The position numbers were made by a program, and so were the translations under genes. The notes under the pieces are model-generated. The model had not been told where the DNA came from. It saw nothing but the letters and a program-made list of their open reading frames with translations, and did no database searches. DNA of 64,000 nt, from NCBI GenBank assembly GCA_963665115.1, contig OY762007.1, positions 2,240,001 to 2,304,000 of the forward strand. Direction: 5' to 3'. Source of the DNA: an uncultured Rivularia sp. GTDB taxonomy: Bacteria; Cyanobacteriota; Cyanobacteriia; Cyanobacteriales; Nostocaceae. Of the stretch, positions 10,745-22,900 are shown piece by piece. Every line of letters begins with the position of its first letter. Position 1 is the stretch's first letter.

Positions 10745-10865
10745 TAGGAGTTAAGAGTGAGTAGGGAGTAGGGAGTAGGGAGTAGAGAGTAGTTAGGAAT
10801 TAGGGATTATTTCTCCCCCTCTCCCCATTCCCCCATCCCCCATCCCCAATTCCCAATTCCCCAGT
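10745..10865. repeat. Heptamer tandem repeats (GGGAGTA, CCCCATC/CCCAATT)
   Basis: Direct reading. Confidence 0.85.
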
Positions 10866-10874
10866 TTTCAATTA

Positions 10875-12312
10875 ATGACAAACCAAATTCAGCCTTGGTA
10901 TTGGCGAAAGCTTCCTTTAAAACAACGTACTGGTAGTGATATTTTTAGCTGTTTGTTTATTTCTAATCCCCTTAATGAAATAGCTACTCTTTTAGAAAGT
11001 CCTTATCCAAATAGTACAAATAATCCCCAATTAGCTCGCTATTCGATCTGTGCTGGTTCATCTCGGGTAATTAATGGTGTTCCGCAAATGTGGACACCTG
11101 AATTAGGGGGAGTGTTACCTTTTCTCAGACAATTATTAGAAAAGCCAGCAAAAAAACCAGCAGATTTTGAAACATTTCCTCCTCTTCCATTTACCGGAGG
11201 TTGGTTGGGTTGGTTGGGTTACGATGTGGCTTGGGAAACAGAAAATTTACCTAAACTCAGATCGGATACTTTACCGTTTCCAGTAGCTTTTTGGTATGAG
11301 CCTAAATGTTTCGCAGTGCTGGATCATTGGGAACAAGTTTTGTGGTTGGCTGCGAGCAATAACAGCGAATTGGATGAATTAGAAGATAAATATCAACAAA
11401 AGCTAGATTTATCCGATTGCACATCTGCAATTGGTGATGTAATATCACCCTTAGAATTAGTTACCTCTCAAGCTGATTATGAAGCGGCTGTTTTGCAAGC
11501 GAAAAAGTACATTCAATCAGGAGATATTTTTCAAACTAATCTTTCTATCCGCTTTGAAACTCAAACAAATGCTTCTGGATGGGAAATTTATCAAGCTCTA
11601 CAAAAAATAAATCCTTCTCCTTTTGCGAGCTATTTTAAAACTCCTTGGGGTGAGGTAGTTAGCTGTTCCCCGGAAAGATTGGTTCAAGTATACGAGAATC
11701 AAGCCCAAACTCGACCAATTGCAGGAACTAGAAAGCGCGGTGATACTGAGAAAGAAGATTATATATTAGCTGAAGAATTACTTAATAATAGTAAAGAGCG
11801 TGCCGAGCATATCATGCTCGTGGATTTGGAACGTAATGATTTGGGACGAGTTTGTGAATGGGGAAGTGTCAATGTAGATGAATTACTGACAATTGAGCGC
11901 TACAGTCACGTGATGCATCTGGTGAGCAATGTTAAAGGAACTCTATTAAATAGTAAAAATAAAAGTACTATAGTGGATTTGATTGCTTCCATGTTTCCCG
12001 GTGGTACAATTACGGGTTGTCCAAAAGTTCGCTGCATGGAAATTATAGAAGAACTCGAACCTGTCAGACGCAGTTTATTCTATGGTTTCCTGCGGTTATT
12101 TAGATAGAAGAGGTAATCTAGATTTGAATATCTTGATTCGTACCTTATTAGTGGCTCCTCAAGCATCATCGGGCAATTTACATTTGCCAACTGTTAATTC
12201 CGTTTGGGGACAAGTTGGAGCAGGAATTGTAGCAGACAGTAATCCTCAGAAAGAATGGTACGAATCTCTGCATAAAGCACAAGCACAAATACAAGCACTG
12301 CAAAGAGTTTGA
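10875..12312 (+). CDS. pabB: Chorismate-binding enzyme component I (aminodeoxychorismate/anthranilate synthase), +1 frameshift near 12087
   Basis: SPERL, TRPIAGTR, KERAEHIMLVDLERND and FPGGTITGCPK motifs. Removing one T of GGTTTCC joins the two ORFs as ...FYGSCGYLD...GAGIVADS. Confidence 0.8.
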
Positions 12313-12396
12313 GATGAAAGTAGCTATGCAAACAAGTATGTTTCTTTCGTACTTGTTATGCCAATTCAATAGTCGTTGAAGAGGGAACAGAGCATA

Positions 12397-12487
12397 TAGG
12401 ACTTACGCATCAATAACAGAAAGTATAGTGTTCCAGACATTCTAGATCCCCCAACCCTCTTAAAAAGGGCAGCTTGCGTAAGTCCTA
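12397..12487. mobile_element. MITE-like element with 13-bp terminal inverted repeats
   Basis: TAGGACTTACGCA ... TGCGTAAGTCCTA; 91 bp, non-coding. Confidence 0.75.
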
Positions 12488-13090
12488 AATATTATAAGAT
12501 AATCTTGTTTCCGAAGACCAATAGTCATCTCACAGCCAGTCTTACAGATATTTTCACCTATTCTTTAGCAAGCCCTAACTACTCAAGAACCATAAGTATT
12601 TTATAGCTCGCTTCAATTTGCATCAAATTTTATACCTATCTAAATGATTAAGTAGTCTCAAGTCTCAACATAAAATTGACCGCATTGTTTAAAAGTTTAA
12701 AAAATATTACTTTGGATGCTTTATATCTAACGATTGAATCGGGAAGTAATAAAATTGGTTCTATATGATATTTCAAAGCTGCGGTAAAATAGTTTTTTAC
12801 CCAGAAAAGCTCGATAGATAAAATAGGCTATTAATTGGTTTTTAGCAAAACTTGTCGTAATTGTAACAGGTTTTGTCGTAACTATATTTTTTGATGGGAA
12901 GAATGTAACGAACATTTAGCATTTAATTTTTCTCATGCGTACATCCATTCGTTGATGTGCAAATAACTACCATTATTGCCATTCTGTATTTACATTGCTT
13001 AAAAATATTTGGGCGATATCTTATTAAAGAAAGTCCGACTTTTTGTTTTTAACAGCGAAAAGATATATGTACTCGTACCTTGACTACTAA

Positions 13091-13369
13091 ATGACTTCAG
13101 AAACCTCCGAAACTTACTTGAATCATCCTACTTGGGGACTACTTTACAGAATATGTATGGTAGACCAAAGTCAAGAGCTTTTTACTACGTTGTATGCTCA
13201 ACGCCTGTTTTTCTTGGTAATCAACGATGAGAAAGGCATTAAGTTCCAACCAGTAGGACGTACTGAAGCGAGAATGATGTTGGAAAATCGTTTGCGTAAC
13301 TTGCGTCGAAGCGGACAATCTGTTGAGTACGATCAACTCACTAGTATTTTTCAACGTACATTCCAATGA
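13091..13369 (+). CDS. pipX: PII-interacting protein X
   Basis: SETYLNHPTWGLLY...FTTLYAQRLFFLV signature; followed by pipY. Confidence 0.95.
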   Translation: MTSETSETYLNHPTWGLLYRICMVDQSQELFTTLYAQRLFFLVINDEKGIKFQPVGRTEARMMLENRLRNLRRSGQSVEYDQLTSIFQRTFQ

Positions 13370-14037
13370 GTAGTTCGCTTTCTCGACGTATACGTTCAAT
13401 TCAAGAAAAGCTTCCTGAATCTGTCAAATTAATTGCTGTAAGTAAGAAAGTTTCGGCTGCCGCAGTACGCGAAGCATATGCTGCTGGCATCCGAGACTTC
13501 GGCGAAAGTCGGATTCAGGAAGCTGAAAGCAAAATTGAGCAATTACAAGACTTATCGGGCATTTCCTGGCATTTTATTGGACATCTACAAAGCAATAAGG
13601 CTAAAAAAGCTCTTTCGTATTTTCAATGGCTTCATTCCGTAGACAGCCTCAAGTTAGCGCAACGCTTAAACCTTTTAGCAAGCGAGCTGGGAATCAGTCC
13701 CAAAATTTGCCTGCAAGTCAAAATTCTCCCCGATTCAAACAAATCCGGTTGGACGATACAGCAACTTCTAGACGATTTAGTGGAACTTAACCTTTGTCAA
13801 AGTTTACAATTTGAAGGTTTGATGACAATTCCACCATTGGGATTAGATAGCTCGGAGGTTATTTACGTGTTTAATCGGACACGAGAACTGATAGCTGAAA
13901 TCAACGAACGCAACTTGTCAAATATTAAAATGAAGCAGCTTTCGATGGGAATGTCGCAAGATTATCAGTTAGCAATTCAATCAGGTGCAACTATGGTACG
14001 TTTGGGAACAATTTTGTTCGGAGAACGTTATCTATGA
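13366..14037 (+). CDS. pipY: PLP homeostasis protein (YggS/PipY)
   Basis: LIAVSK, FGES, WHFIGHLQSNK, GLMTI, LSMGMSQD and VRLGTILFG motifs; ATGA overlap with pipX. Confidence 0.95.
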   Translation: MSSSLSRRIRSIQEKLPESVKLIAVSKKVSAAAVREAYAAGIRDFGESRIQEAESKIEQLQDLSGISWHFIGHLQSNKAKKALSYFQWLHSVDSLKLAQRLNLLASELGISPKICLQVKILPDSNKSGWTIQQLLDDLVELNLCQSLQFEGLMTIPPLGLDSSEVIYVFNRTRELIAEINERNLSNIKMKQLSMGMSQDYQLAIQSGATMVRLGTILFGERYL

Positions 14038-14549
14038 GTCACCTTTATTAAGCTAAAAAAAGCTAAAAACCTCGATATTGCTTGGTTTTAAGCTGGGAGA
14101 AGAAAAATCTGCCGATTCTCAAAATCAGTCAGTCTTTTGATGCACCTTCAATAATTCGCCAGATTACACCTAAAACTGGCGAACTCCCATCAAATGAACA
14201 AATATTCGTCCGTAGGTAAGTGCCAAAGCTATTATATTTGATACAGAATATTTATTTAATACCCTAGTTGCAAATGCGACAAAAGATATAGTATTTACAA
14301 ATGAAAAAAAAATAAAATAAGGGGTGAAAACAGCTTTTCATTCCGAGGTGACTAAGATATAATTTTGACTCATTATTGTAGGTAGTTTAAGTACAAACCT
14401 TGCAATAAGGTGAATGCTGTAGAAAAGACCGTGATATATGCTACAAGTAGTTATTTAATGTAACAATTATTTTCTGTTTGTAGCGGTAAAAGTTGACAAA
14501 AACAATTTTTACCTTCTCAATAAAGATGATTGGCACCAGGAGCGTAACA

Positions 14550-15161
14550 GTGAATAACATATTTTCCCGATTGAGAGACTTTGTTGGTTTAAATGAACCA
14601 GTTGAATATGAATATTATGAAGAGGAGCCAGATGCAGAGGGTTATGAGAATCTGTATCAAGAACAGAATCAACCAGCGACTGCTCCTCCTCAACCAGAAA
14701 ATGCCGCAGTTAATCGACGTTGGCGCGAACCAATGCCTACAATGGGTAGCGATGTAACAAGCACTTCCTCTGCTGCAAAGACAATGAGTAATGTTATTGG
14801 TATGCCAGGAGTCTTGAACGGTATTTCTGAAGTATTGGTACTTGAACCACGTACTTTTGAAGAAATGCCCCAAGCGATTCAAGCATTGCGCGAACGTAAG
14901 TCTGTGGTATTAAATTTAACAATTATGGACCCAGACCAAGCTCAGCGTGCTGTAGATTTTGTTGCAGGAGGTACTTACGCCCTTGACGGACATCAAGAGC
15001 GTATAGGAGAAAGTATCTTTCTGTTCACACCTAGCTGCGTACAAGTTAGTACTACTGGCGGAGTACTTCATGAAGTTCCTCAGCCACCAGTACGTACTCG
15101 TCCTAATCCAAATCCATCTAACCAAGCGTGGGGAAACGAACCGAATCGCATGGCACAATAA
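14550..15161 (+). CDS. sepF: Cell division protein SepF
   Basis: VVLNL...[17 protein letters not shown]...IFLFTP; GTG start preceded by AGGAG; N-terminal amphipathic [10 protein letters not shown]. Confidence 0.93.
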   Translation: MNNIFSRLRDFVGLNEPVEYEYYEEEPDAEGYENLYQEQNQPATAPPQPENAAVNRRWREPMPTMGSDVTSTSSAAKTMSNVIGMPGVLNGISEVLVLEPRTFEEMPQAIQALRERKSVVLNLTIMDPDQAQRAVDFVAGGTYALDGHQERIGESIFLFTPSCVQVSTTGGVLHEVPQPPVRTRPNPNPSNQAWGNEPNRMAQ

Positions 15162-15170
15162 AGATAAACT

Positions 15171-15231
15171 AGTCATTAGTCATTAGTCATTAGTCCGTTT
15201 GTTTCTGCCTGATGACCAATGACGAATGACC
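15171..15231. repeat. Inverted heptamer arrays (GTCATTA)n ... (AATGAC)n
   Basis: Complementary arrays able to fold back, between sepF and proC. Confidence 0.75.
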
Positions 15232-15247
15232 AACGATAGAACGGGCA

Positions 15248-16066
15248 ATGACGAATCACAAAAAATTTGGCTTAATTGGTGGCGGGGTAATGGGTGAAGC
15301 ATTATTATCCCGCCTCATCAGTTGTGGAATATATCAACCATCCGAAGTTATTGTCAGCGAACCACTTCCAGAACGTCGGACTTATTTAGAGCAAGAATAC
15401 AAAATTTTGGCGATCGCCGATAGCAGCATGGCGTTTGCTCAATCTACAGAAGTAGTATTTTTAGCCATTAAGCCTCAGATATTCAGTGCGATTGCTCAGG
15501 AGTTAGCAGGAGTAATTGAACATGGAAGCAAGCAATTGATAGTTTCTATTTTGGCGGGAGTACCATTAAAGCAATTAGAAGCAGCTTTCCCTGGTTTGCC
15601 GGTAGTTAGAGCAATGCCAAACACCCCAGCTACAGTAGGTGCGGGAATGACTGCAATTTGTTGTGGTGCTTACACTAAAGCCAAACATACTGAAATTGCA
15701 ACAAAGCTATTTTCGGCAGTCGGGGAAGTAGTAGAAGTACCCGAATACTTAATGGATGCAGTCACAGGTCTTTCAGGAAGTGGTCCGGCTTATGTCGCAT
15801 TAATGATAGAAGCCCTTGCCGACGGTGGAGTTGCAGCAGGTTTACCAAGAGCAACTGCTGCTACTTTGGCCTTACAAACTGTATTAGGAACGGCACAATT
15901 GCTACTAGAAAGTAAAATGCATCCAGCAGTATTAAAAGATAAAGTTACCAGTCCCGGCGGTACAACAATTGCCGGGATTACCAAACTTGAGCAAGCTGGA
16001 TTTCGTTCTGCATTAATTGAAGCAGTAAAAGCTGCTACTAAGCGTTCTCAGGAATTGGGAAAGTAG
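15248..16066 (+). CDS. proC: Pyrroline-5-carboxylate reductase
   Basis: [22 protein letters not shown] and VTSPGGTT motifs. Confidence 0.97.
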   Translation: MTNHKKFGLIGGGVMGEALLSRLISCGIYQPSEVIVSEPLPERRTYLEQEYKILAIADSSMAFAQSTEVVFLAIKPQIFSAIAQELAGVIEHGSKQLIVSILAGVPLKQLEAAFPGLPVVRAMPNTPATVGAGMTAICCGAYTKAKHTEIATKLFSAVGEVVEVPEYLMDAVTGLSGSGPAYVALMIEALADGGVAAGLPRATAATLALQTVLGTAQLLLESKMHPAVLKDKVTSPGGTTIAGITKLEQAGFRSALIEAVKAATKRSQELGK

Positions 16067-16298
16067 GGAGTAGGGAGTAGGGAGTAGGGAGTAGGGAGTA
16101 GGGAGTAGGGAGTAGGGAGTAGGGAGTAGGGAGTAGGAAGTAGGGAGTTAGGAGTTTGGAGTAGGGAGTTTGGAGTAATAAATAGTTATTCTTCTCCTTG
16201 TCTCGCAATTCCCAATTCCCAATGCCCGATGCCCAATTCCCGATGCCCAATTCCCGATGCCCAATCCCCAATCCCCAATCCCCAATCCCCAATTCCTA
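16064..16298. repeat. Heptamer tandem repeats: (TAGGGAG)x10, then CCCAATT/CCCGATG/CCCCAAT arrays
   Basis: Ten perfect TAGGGAG units at 16064-16133; STRR-type arrays to about 16298. Confidence 0.95.
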
Positions 16299-16486
16299 AT
16301 ACTTCGTATTTTACGAATTGTCGAGAAATTTAATCAAATTGAATGTGGTTAAGTATAATACTCTTAACTCGCGTAAGGGAGTTTGATTGATTGGTGCGGG
16401 GAAATTATGCGCGAGATATGTAAATCCTGCTTGCAATAGACGAAAATAATTTAATTGAAAATCAGTTTGGATGTAATTGTATTTGA

Positions 16487-19157
16487 GTGAATAATCCAGC
16501 CCTAACTCCAGATGTTGAGCCGAGTTCTGTTTTTTCTTTTGAACTCGATCGATTCCAGCATGATGCGATCGATTCTCTGAATGCCGGACATTCAGTTGTT
16601 GTATGTGCGCCTACGGGTTCCGGTAAAACGTTAATTGGGGAATACGCGATTTATCGTGCTATGGCGCGAGGCAAACGGGTATTTTATACTACTCCCCTCA
16701 AGGCGCTTTCCAATCAAAAATTACGCGATTTCCGTTCCGAGTTTGGTTTCGATTCGGTGGGACTTTTGACTGGAGATGTTTCTATCAATCGAGATGCTCC
16801 AATTTTGGTGATGACTACGGAAATTTTCCGTAATATGCTCTACGGTACACCTATTGGACAGGTCGGTACTTCTTTAATAGATGTGGAAGCAGTGGTGTTG
16901 GATGAGTGCCACTATATGAATGACCGTCAACGCGGGACGGTTTGGGAAGAATCTATTATTTATTGCCCGGAATCAATTCAGATTGTAGCTCTTTCGGCGA
17001 CGGTTGATAATAGCGATCAGCTTACTGACTGGTTGAATCAAGTTCACGGCCCTACGGATTTGATTTATTCGGATTTTCGTCCGGTTCCTTTGGATTATCA
17101 TTTTGGTAATAGTAAAGGGTTTTTTCCTCTTTTAAATGAAGATAAATCGGAATTAAATCATCGCTTAATCAAAAGAAAAAGAAAGAGAGGCGACAGAAGC
17201 AAACAAATTGCTAGACAAGAATCTCCTGGCATTAGTGAAGTATTAGAGCATTTGCGAGCGCGTGATATGCTGCCAGCGATTTACTTTATTTTTAGTCGCC
17301 GGGGTTGCGATCGAGCGGTGGCTGAGGTAGGGGATTTATGGTTGGTAGATGGTGATGAAGCGCAAAGATTGCGACCCCAGATTGATGATTTCCTAACTCG
17401 CAATCCAGATGCTGGCCGCGCCGGACACGTCGGGGCCGCTTTACCGAGGAGTTGCCGCCCATCATGCCGGAATTTTACCTGCTTGGAAAGGGTTAGTTGA
17501 AGAACTTTTTCAACAAGGTTTAATTAAAGTTGTATTTGCTACGGAAACTCTAGCGGCAGGAATTAATATGCCTGCTAGAACAACAGTAATTTCTACACTT
17601 TCCAAACGTACCGATAGCGGACATCGACTGTTAAATGCTTCCGAGTTTTTACAGATGGCGGGAAGGGCTGGCCGTCGGGGTATGGATGAAGTCGGTCACG
17701 TTGTAGCGCTACAAACCCCGTTTGAAGGTGCTAAGGAAGGTGGTTATTTAGCAACATCCAATCCAGATCCTTTAGTTAGTCAGTTTTCGCCAAGTTACGG
17801 AATGGTGTTGAACTTGCTGCAAACCCATACATTGGAAGAAGCGAAAGAGTTAATAGAACGAAGTTTTGGGCAGTATTTAGCTAATCTGCATCTACAACCG
17901 CAGTACAAACAAATTTCTGAAATTAAGCAGCAATTAACAGACGTTCACTCAAAGATTGCCAACGTTAGCGACGAAGAAGTCGCGCAATATGAGAAATTGC
18001 GTCAGCGTATAAAAGTGGAACGCAAGCTGCTAACAACCTTGCAAGAACAAGCAGCAGAAACTCGCAAAGAAGAATTAATCATGATGCTGAGTTTCGCGGT
18101 TTCGGGAACGCTGTTAAGTTTAAAAGGTGATAATGCCGAAATTTCTGCACCAGTCACGGCCGTGTTAGTTGGTAAAACACCAGGTACGGAAACACCTTTC
18201 TTAGTTTGTTTGGGAAAAAATAATCGTTGGTACGTAACTTCGGTTCATGAAGTAATAGACTTATACGCTCAATTACCTCGCATTGACGTACCTCCCGATT
18301 TGCTACCCCCACCGGAGTTATCGTTGCAACCGGGCGAATCCGATGATGGTGATGAAATTACAGCCAATATAGCCGCACAAATTCCCGAATCTACAGACGA
18401 TTTGTCTATGGCTCCGGAAGTATTAGAGCAGTCGCGTCTGGTATCAAGTTTGCAAGAGCAAATGGAAAGCAGTCCGCTGCATGGGTTAGGGAATGCCGCG
18501 AGCATATACAAACGTCAAGCCCGCGCTGCTGAATTAGAAAACGAAATCCAATATTTGCGATCGCAAGTTGAACTACAATCTCAACGTCATTGGGATGAGT
18601 TCGTCACATTAATTGAAATTCTTCAATATTTTGAAGCTTTAGATAACTTGGTACCTACTCATTTAGGACAAATGGCAGCCGCAATTCGGGGAGAAAACGA
18701 ACTATGGTTGGGTTTAGTACTTGATAGCGGTAACTTAGATCAACTAGCTCCCCATCATTTTGCTACGGCGATCGCAGGTTTAGTAACAGAAACCTCCCGT
18801 CCCGACAGTAGAGTATTTTTTGAACTCAGTACTGAAGTTTCAGATGCTTTAGCTTCATTGCGCTCAATTCGTCGCAAGGTGTTTCAATTGCAACGCAGGT
18901 ATGGGGTAGCATTACCCGTATGGTTGGAGTTTGAATTAATTGCTTTGGTAGAAAAATGGGCGTTAGGAATGGATTGGGTGGAACTGTGTGAAAACACTAC
19001 CTTAGATGAAGGAGATGTGGTAAGAATATTACGTCGTACCTTAGATTTGTTATCGCAAATTCCTCACGTACCTCATTTACCGCAAGAAATTAAGCGTAAT
19101 GCTCAGCGGGCAACTCAGTTGATTGATAGATTTCCTGTGAATGAAGTGGTTGAGTAA
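16487..19157 (+). CDS. Ski2-like DExH RNA helicase (HelY family), +1 frameshift near 17433
   Basis: APTGSGKT, PLKALSNQK, DECH, SAT, HHAG, TETLAAGIN and QMAGRAGRRG motifs; DSHCT-type C-terminus. Removing one G of CGGGGCC joins the two ORFs. Confidence 0.9.
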
Positions 19158-19285
19158 TCAGTAATTGGGGATGGGAGATGGGGAGATAGGAAGACAAGGG
19201 GACAAGGAGACAAGGGGGAAATCAATGTTCTTAATTCCTAACTTTTCCCTTAATCCAGAATCTAAAATCTAAAATTAAATAGCTC

Positions 19286-19735
19286 CTATTTTTTAAGTTG
19301 ATTTAGTATACCTTGGGTTAATTGATAGCCTTGAGTATTTCCTTGCTGACGAAATAGTTTGGCAGCTTGCTGTAAATCGGTTACGGCAACGCGCTTGTTT
19401 CCTAAAGCGTAATTGGCTAATCCCCTGCTACCGTAAGCATTGGCTAATTTTGGATTGTATTTTATTGCTTGATTGAAATCTGTTACTGCTGCTTTATTAT
19501 TACCTTGCTGATAATTAATCAGTCCCCTGTTGTAGTAAGCATCTACAAACTTTGGTTCTAATTTTACAGTTTGGTCAAAATCTGATATTGCTGCCGAAAC
19601 ATTTCCTAAACTTGCATTTACAATACCGCGACTGTTGTAAGCATCCGCATGACGGGGATTAATTTTTAACGCTCGATCAAAATCTTGAATTGCCGATTGG
19701 AATTTTCCTAAATGGGATTTTGCTAAACCACGCAA
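19286..19735 (-). CDS. TPR repeat protein, probably 5'-disrupted
   Basis: Four TPRs (AYNSRG, AYYNRG, AYGSRG); no ATG start; upstream hydrophobic stretch is in another frame. Confidence 0.7.
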   Translation of the reverse strand: MRGLAKSHLGKFQSAIQDFDRALKINPRHADAYNSRGIVNASLGNVSAAISDFDQTVKLEPKFVDAYYNRGLINYQQGNNKAAVTDFNQAIKYNPKLANAYGSRGLANYALGNKRVAVTDLQQAAKLFRQQGNTQGYQLTQGILNQLKK

Positions 19736-19793
19736 ACAGTATCCTTCATAAATAGGACTGAAGTAATACCCAGCAAAATCAATGTGGTGAAGT

Positions 19794-19851
19794 ACTAGAA
19801 GATTTATAACCCGCGCAGGCGGGTTTTATTTGTGTAGCAGCGACTTCTAGT
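19794..19851. repeat. Short palindromic element (ACTAGAAG...CTTCTAGT with internal ACCCGC-GCAG-GCGGGT hairpin)
   Basis: Related sequence at about 32568-32611 (GCTACACA...GTCCACCTGCGTGGAC). Confidence 0.65.
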
Positions 19852-19938
19852 AAATTTCCCATGCATCCTCTTAAAGATAGCAGCCTTGTTTAAGTACACT
19901 GTGGTGGCAAAAGAGTCTAATTTAGTAATTTTCAACTT

Positions 19939-22900
19939 TTAAGCGATATCTGAAACAGCACCTAAAATGTGTAACGTTTCCTTTGTCGCTGCTGTTAAAC
20001 CATTAGCACCTTGAATATTCATTTTTTGATAAGGCTTAGGAATTATCAAAGTTTTAATGCACTTAACTGTATTAATATCCCAGAGCTTAATGGTTTCATC
20101 CTCGCTGCAACTGAATAAAATATTCAACTGGTGACTATAACAAATTGACCAAATACTGTGTTGATGACCTGTTAAAATTTTAAGACAATTTCCCGTACAA
20201 ATATCCCAGAATCTAATAGTGCGATCGTCGCTGGCGCTAATTAAAATTTCTGGTTGAGTAGAAGATTGAGGAATAAAAGTCAGAGCGCGAATTTGTGCTT
20301 GATGTCCAGAAAAAGTTTGCAAGCAATTTTGGGTTTCCACTTCCCATAATTTGATATTGAAATCATCGCTGCTGCTAGCAATTAATTTACCAGAATTATT
20401 AAAAGTTATGGCTCGAATGCGATGGGTATGTCCTTTCAAACTAGTTAAGCAAACTTTCTTGTGAATATCCCACAAATTTATAGATTGACTAGTTCCAGCA
20501 GTCGCTAGAATTTCAGCTTGGGGATGAGAAGCGATCGCCCACATCCATTCTGTTTCTAAATTACCTAAAACTTGAGATTTATTAGTGCAAGTATCCCAGA
20601 TTAAAACTGTGCGATCGTCGCTAGCACTAATTAATGTATGATTATTCTGGATAAATATTATTGACCATATCCAATCAGTATGAGCGCGTAAAGTTTTCAA
20701 GCATTTACCCGTATTTACATCCCAAATTTTAATCGTGCGATCGTGACTAGCACTTGCAATTAGTTCACCATCCGAACTAAAAGTAACGTGACGAATTCTA
20801 CCTTGATGTCCCGACAAGGTTTTTAACAATTCACCAGTTTCTGCATTCCACAATCGAATCTTGCCATCATCGCTACCACTAGCAAGATAGATCGTATTTT
20901 GTTGATAAACGGGACTAACAGCTACAGTCCAAATTCGATTGCTATAACCTTGAAAAGTTTTAATTGGCTCACCAGTTTGAGTATCCCATAACCTAACCAA
21001 CTGGTCATCGCTACCCACGGCAATAATCTTTTTGTCAGCACTATAAGCCAAAGAACGAATGCGGTGATGGGGTTCGTGTAAAGTCATTTGCGGTTCCCCA
21101 TTTGCTAAATTCCAAAGTTGAATTTTATCGGTACCGCAACTGATGATAGTTTCACCATTAGGACTAAATTTAATAGCCCAAATAGCAGTTGGTGCAGTTT
21201 TCACACTCCGCAAACACTTACCTGTATTCACATCCCAAGTTTTCAGACATTGATTATCGGTGCTTCCCACCAAACTTTTACTATCTGGACTAAAAGCAAG
21301 TTTCCGAACCCCTGTGGAATTATCATCAAAGGTTTTTAAACATTCATTCGTCCAGACATTCCATAATCTTATCGAGTCAGCACCACTTGTAGCCAAAGTT
21401 TGACCATCATTACTAAAAGAAAATCCCCAAACCTCTCGATCCGGTTCGTGGAAAGTATAAATGCAAACTCCTGAATCGAGACTCCAAACTTTTACAGTGC
21501 GATCGCTACTGGCGCTAACTACCAAACGCTTATCCCAGATAAAATACACCGACCACACCCAATCAGTATGTCCGCGCAATATTTTTAAACATTTTGCAGT
21601 TTGACTATCCCAAATTTTCACCGTATGGTCATTTCCACAACTTGCAATTAAGTTACCATCCGGACTAAAAGCTACACAGCGAATCCAATCACCATGAGCT
21701 TGCCATGCTAAAATTTGCGAACCATCTGCCACATTCCAAAAACGAATTTGTCCATCCATTCCCCCAGTTGCAAGTAATTTTTGATCGGGGCTAAATGTAA
21801 CGCTAAATATACTACTTAAAGATTGAGAAAAAACAGTTTTATCAAAACTGCAATCGCTAAAATTTACTTGTGGTAATTCCACCCCCTGTAAATAAGCTTG
21901 GGAAATAGGAAGACGAGAAAAATCGTAACCAGCTAGATTTACTTGGAGTTGAATTAAAAGATTAATTAAATTTCCTCCCGCATATCCTACAGGTGCTTGT
22001 AATTCTTGTTCTCTTAACTTCTCAACAATAATACGAAATTTCTGTTCTAAAACTCTTTTCGTCTGGTTTTTGCATAAACTTTCAGCCACAGGTTCTAATA
22101 AAACCCGTTTTTGATTTTCCCTGAGATAATCTGGTGCTGAAGCCTTAATAATCGCGTGAGTTCTTAATAAATCTAACTCGCAACTATCTAATTCATGGAT
22201 AATTTTGGTAATGAAAACTTCCGTAATATACTCCATCACCACATTTTGCAGCGTCAATCCTAAATTAGTAGATTGAATTAAACAACGTCGTAATAAAGAA
22301 TCTAAACCTTCTCGAATCTGACGCGGTGATAAACCTAAAATATCTTCTGCTAAATCATTTTCCGATACAGCTTGACGGTTAATTGCCAACCAATACATTA
22401 AACCTTTTTCTAGTTCCGATAACCGCTCAAACTGCTGCGTTAATAAATCGTGAATATCATCAAAAACAATAATACCTGTATTTAAAAAAGCTTTAATATC
22501 ACCATGAAAAAGTTTTATTATAGTTTCTGGAACAATTTGTAAAGCTAAAGGATTACCGTGATAGCGCTTTACCAATTCTTCGATGTCTTCTGTTGAACCA
22601 CTTATACCCCTTGCAGTCAAAATTTCGGCTGCCTTCTCTAACCCTTTCAACTCCCAAACCCGCACAGGTAAAGTTTCCCCCGCTAACCGTCGCACCTCCT
22701 TAAATTGTTCGCGACTAGTTAAAATCAAACAACTTTGATGTTGAGATTCTCCTATTCTGCGAAATAACTCACCATAACCAGAATATTCCTCACGATAATT
22801 ACCTGAAGAAGAACCACTTTGTAAAATTGATTCAGCATTATCAAGAATCAGCAAACAACGAGAAGCGCGTAAATAATCAATTAATCGCGTGATTTTCTCC

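Noticed and set aside
12720..13090. NtcA site expected upstream of pipX
   Set aside because: No GTA-N8-TAC match found by eye.
16038..16292. 84-aa ORF (GIGNWELG.../LLPTPYS...) and the similar ORF at 7116-7331
   Set aside because: Translations of heptamer tandem repeats, not genes.
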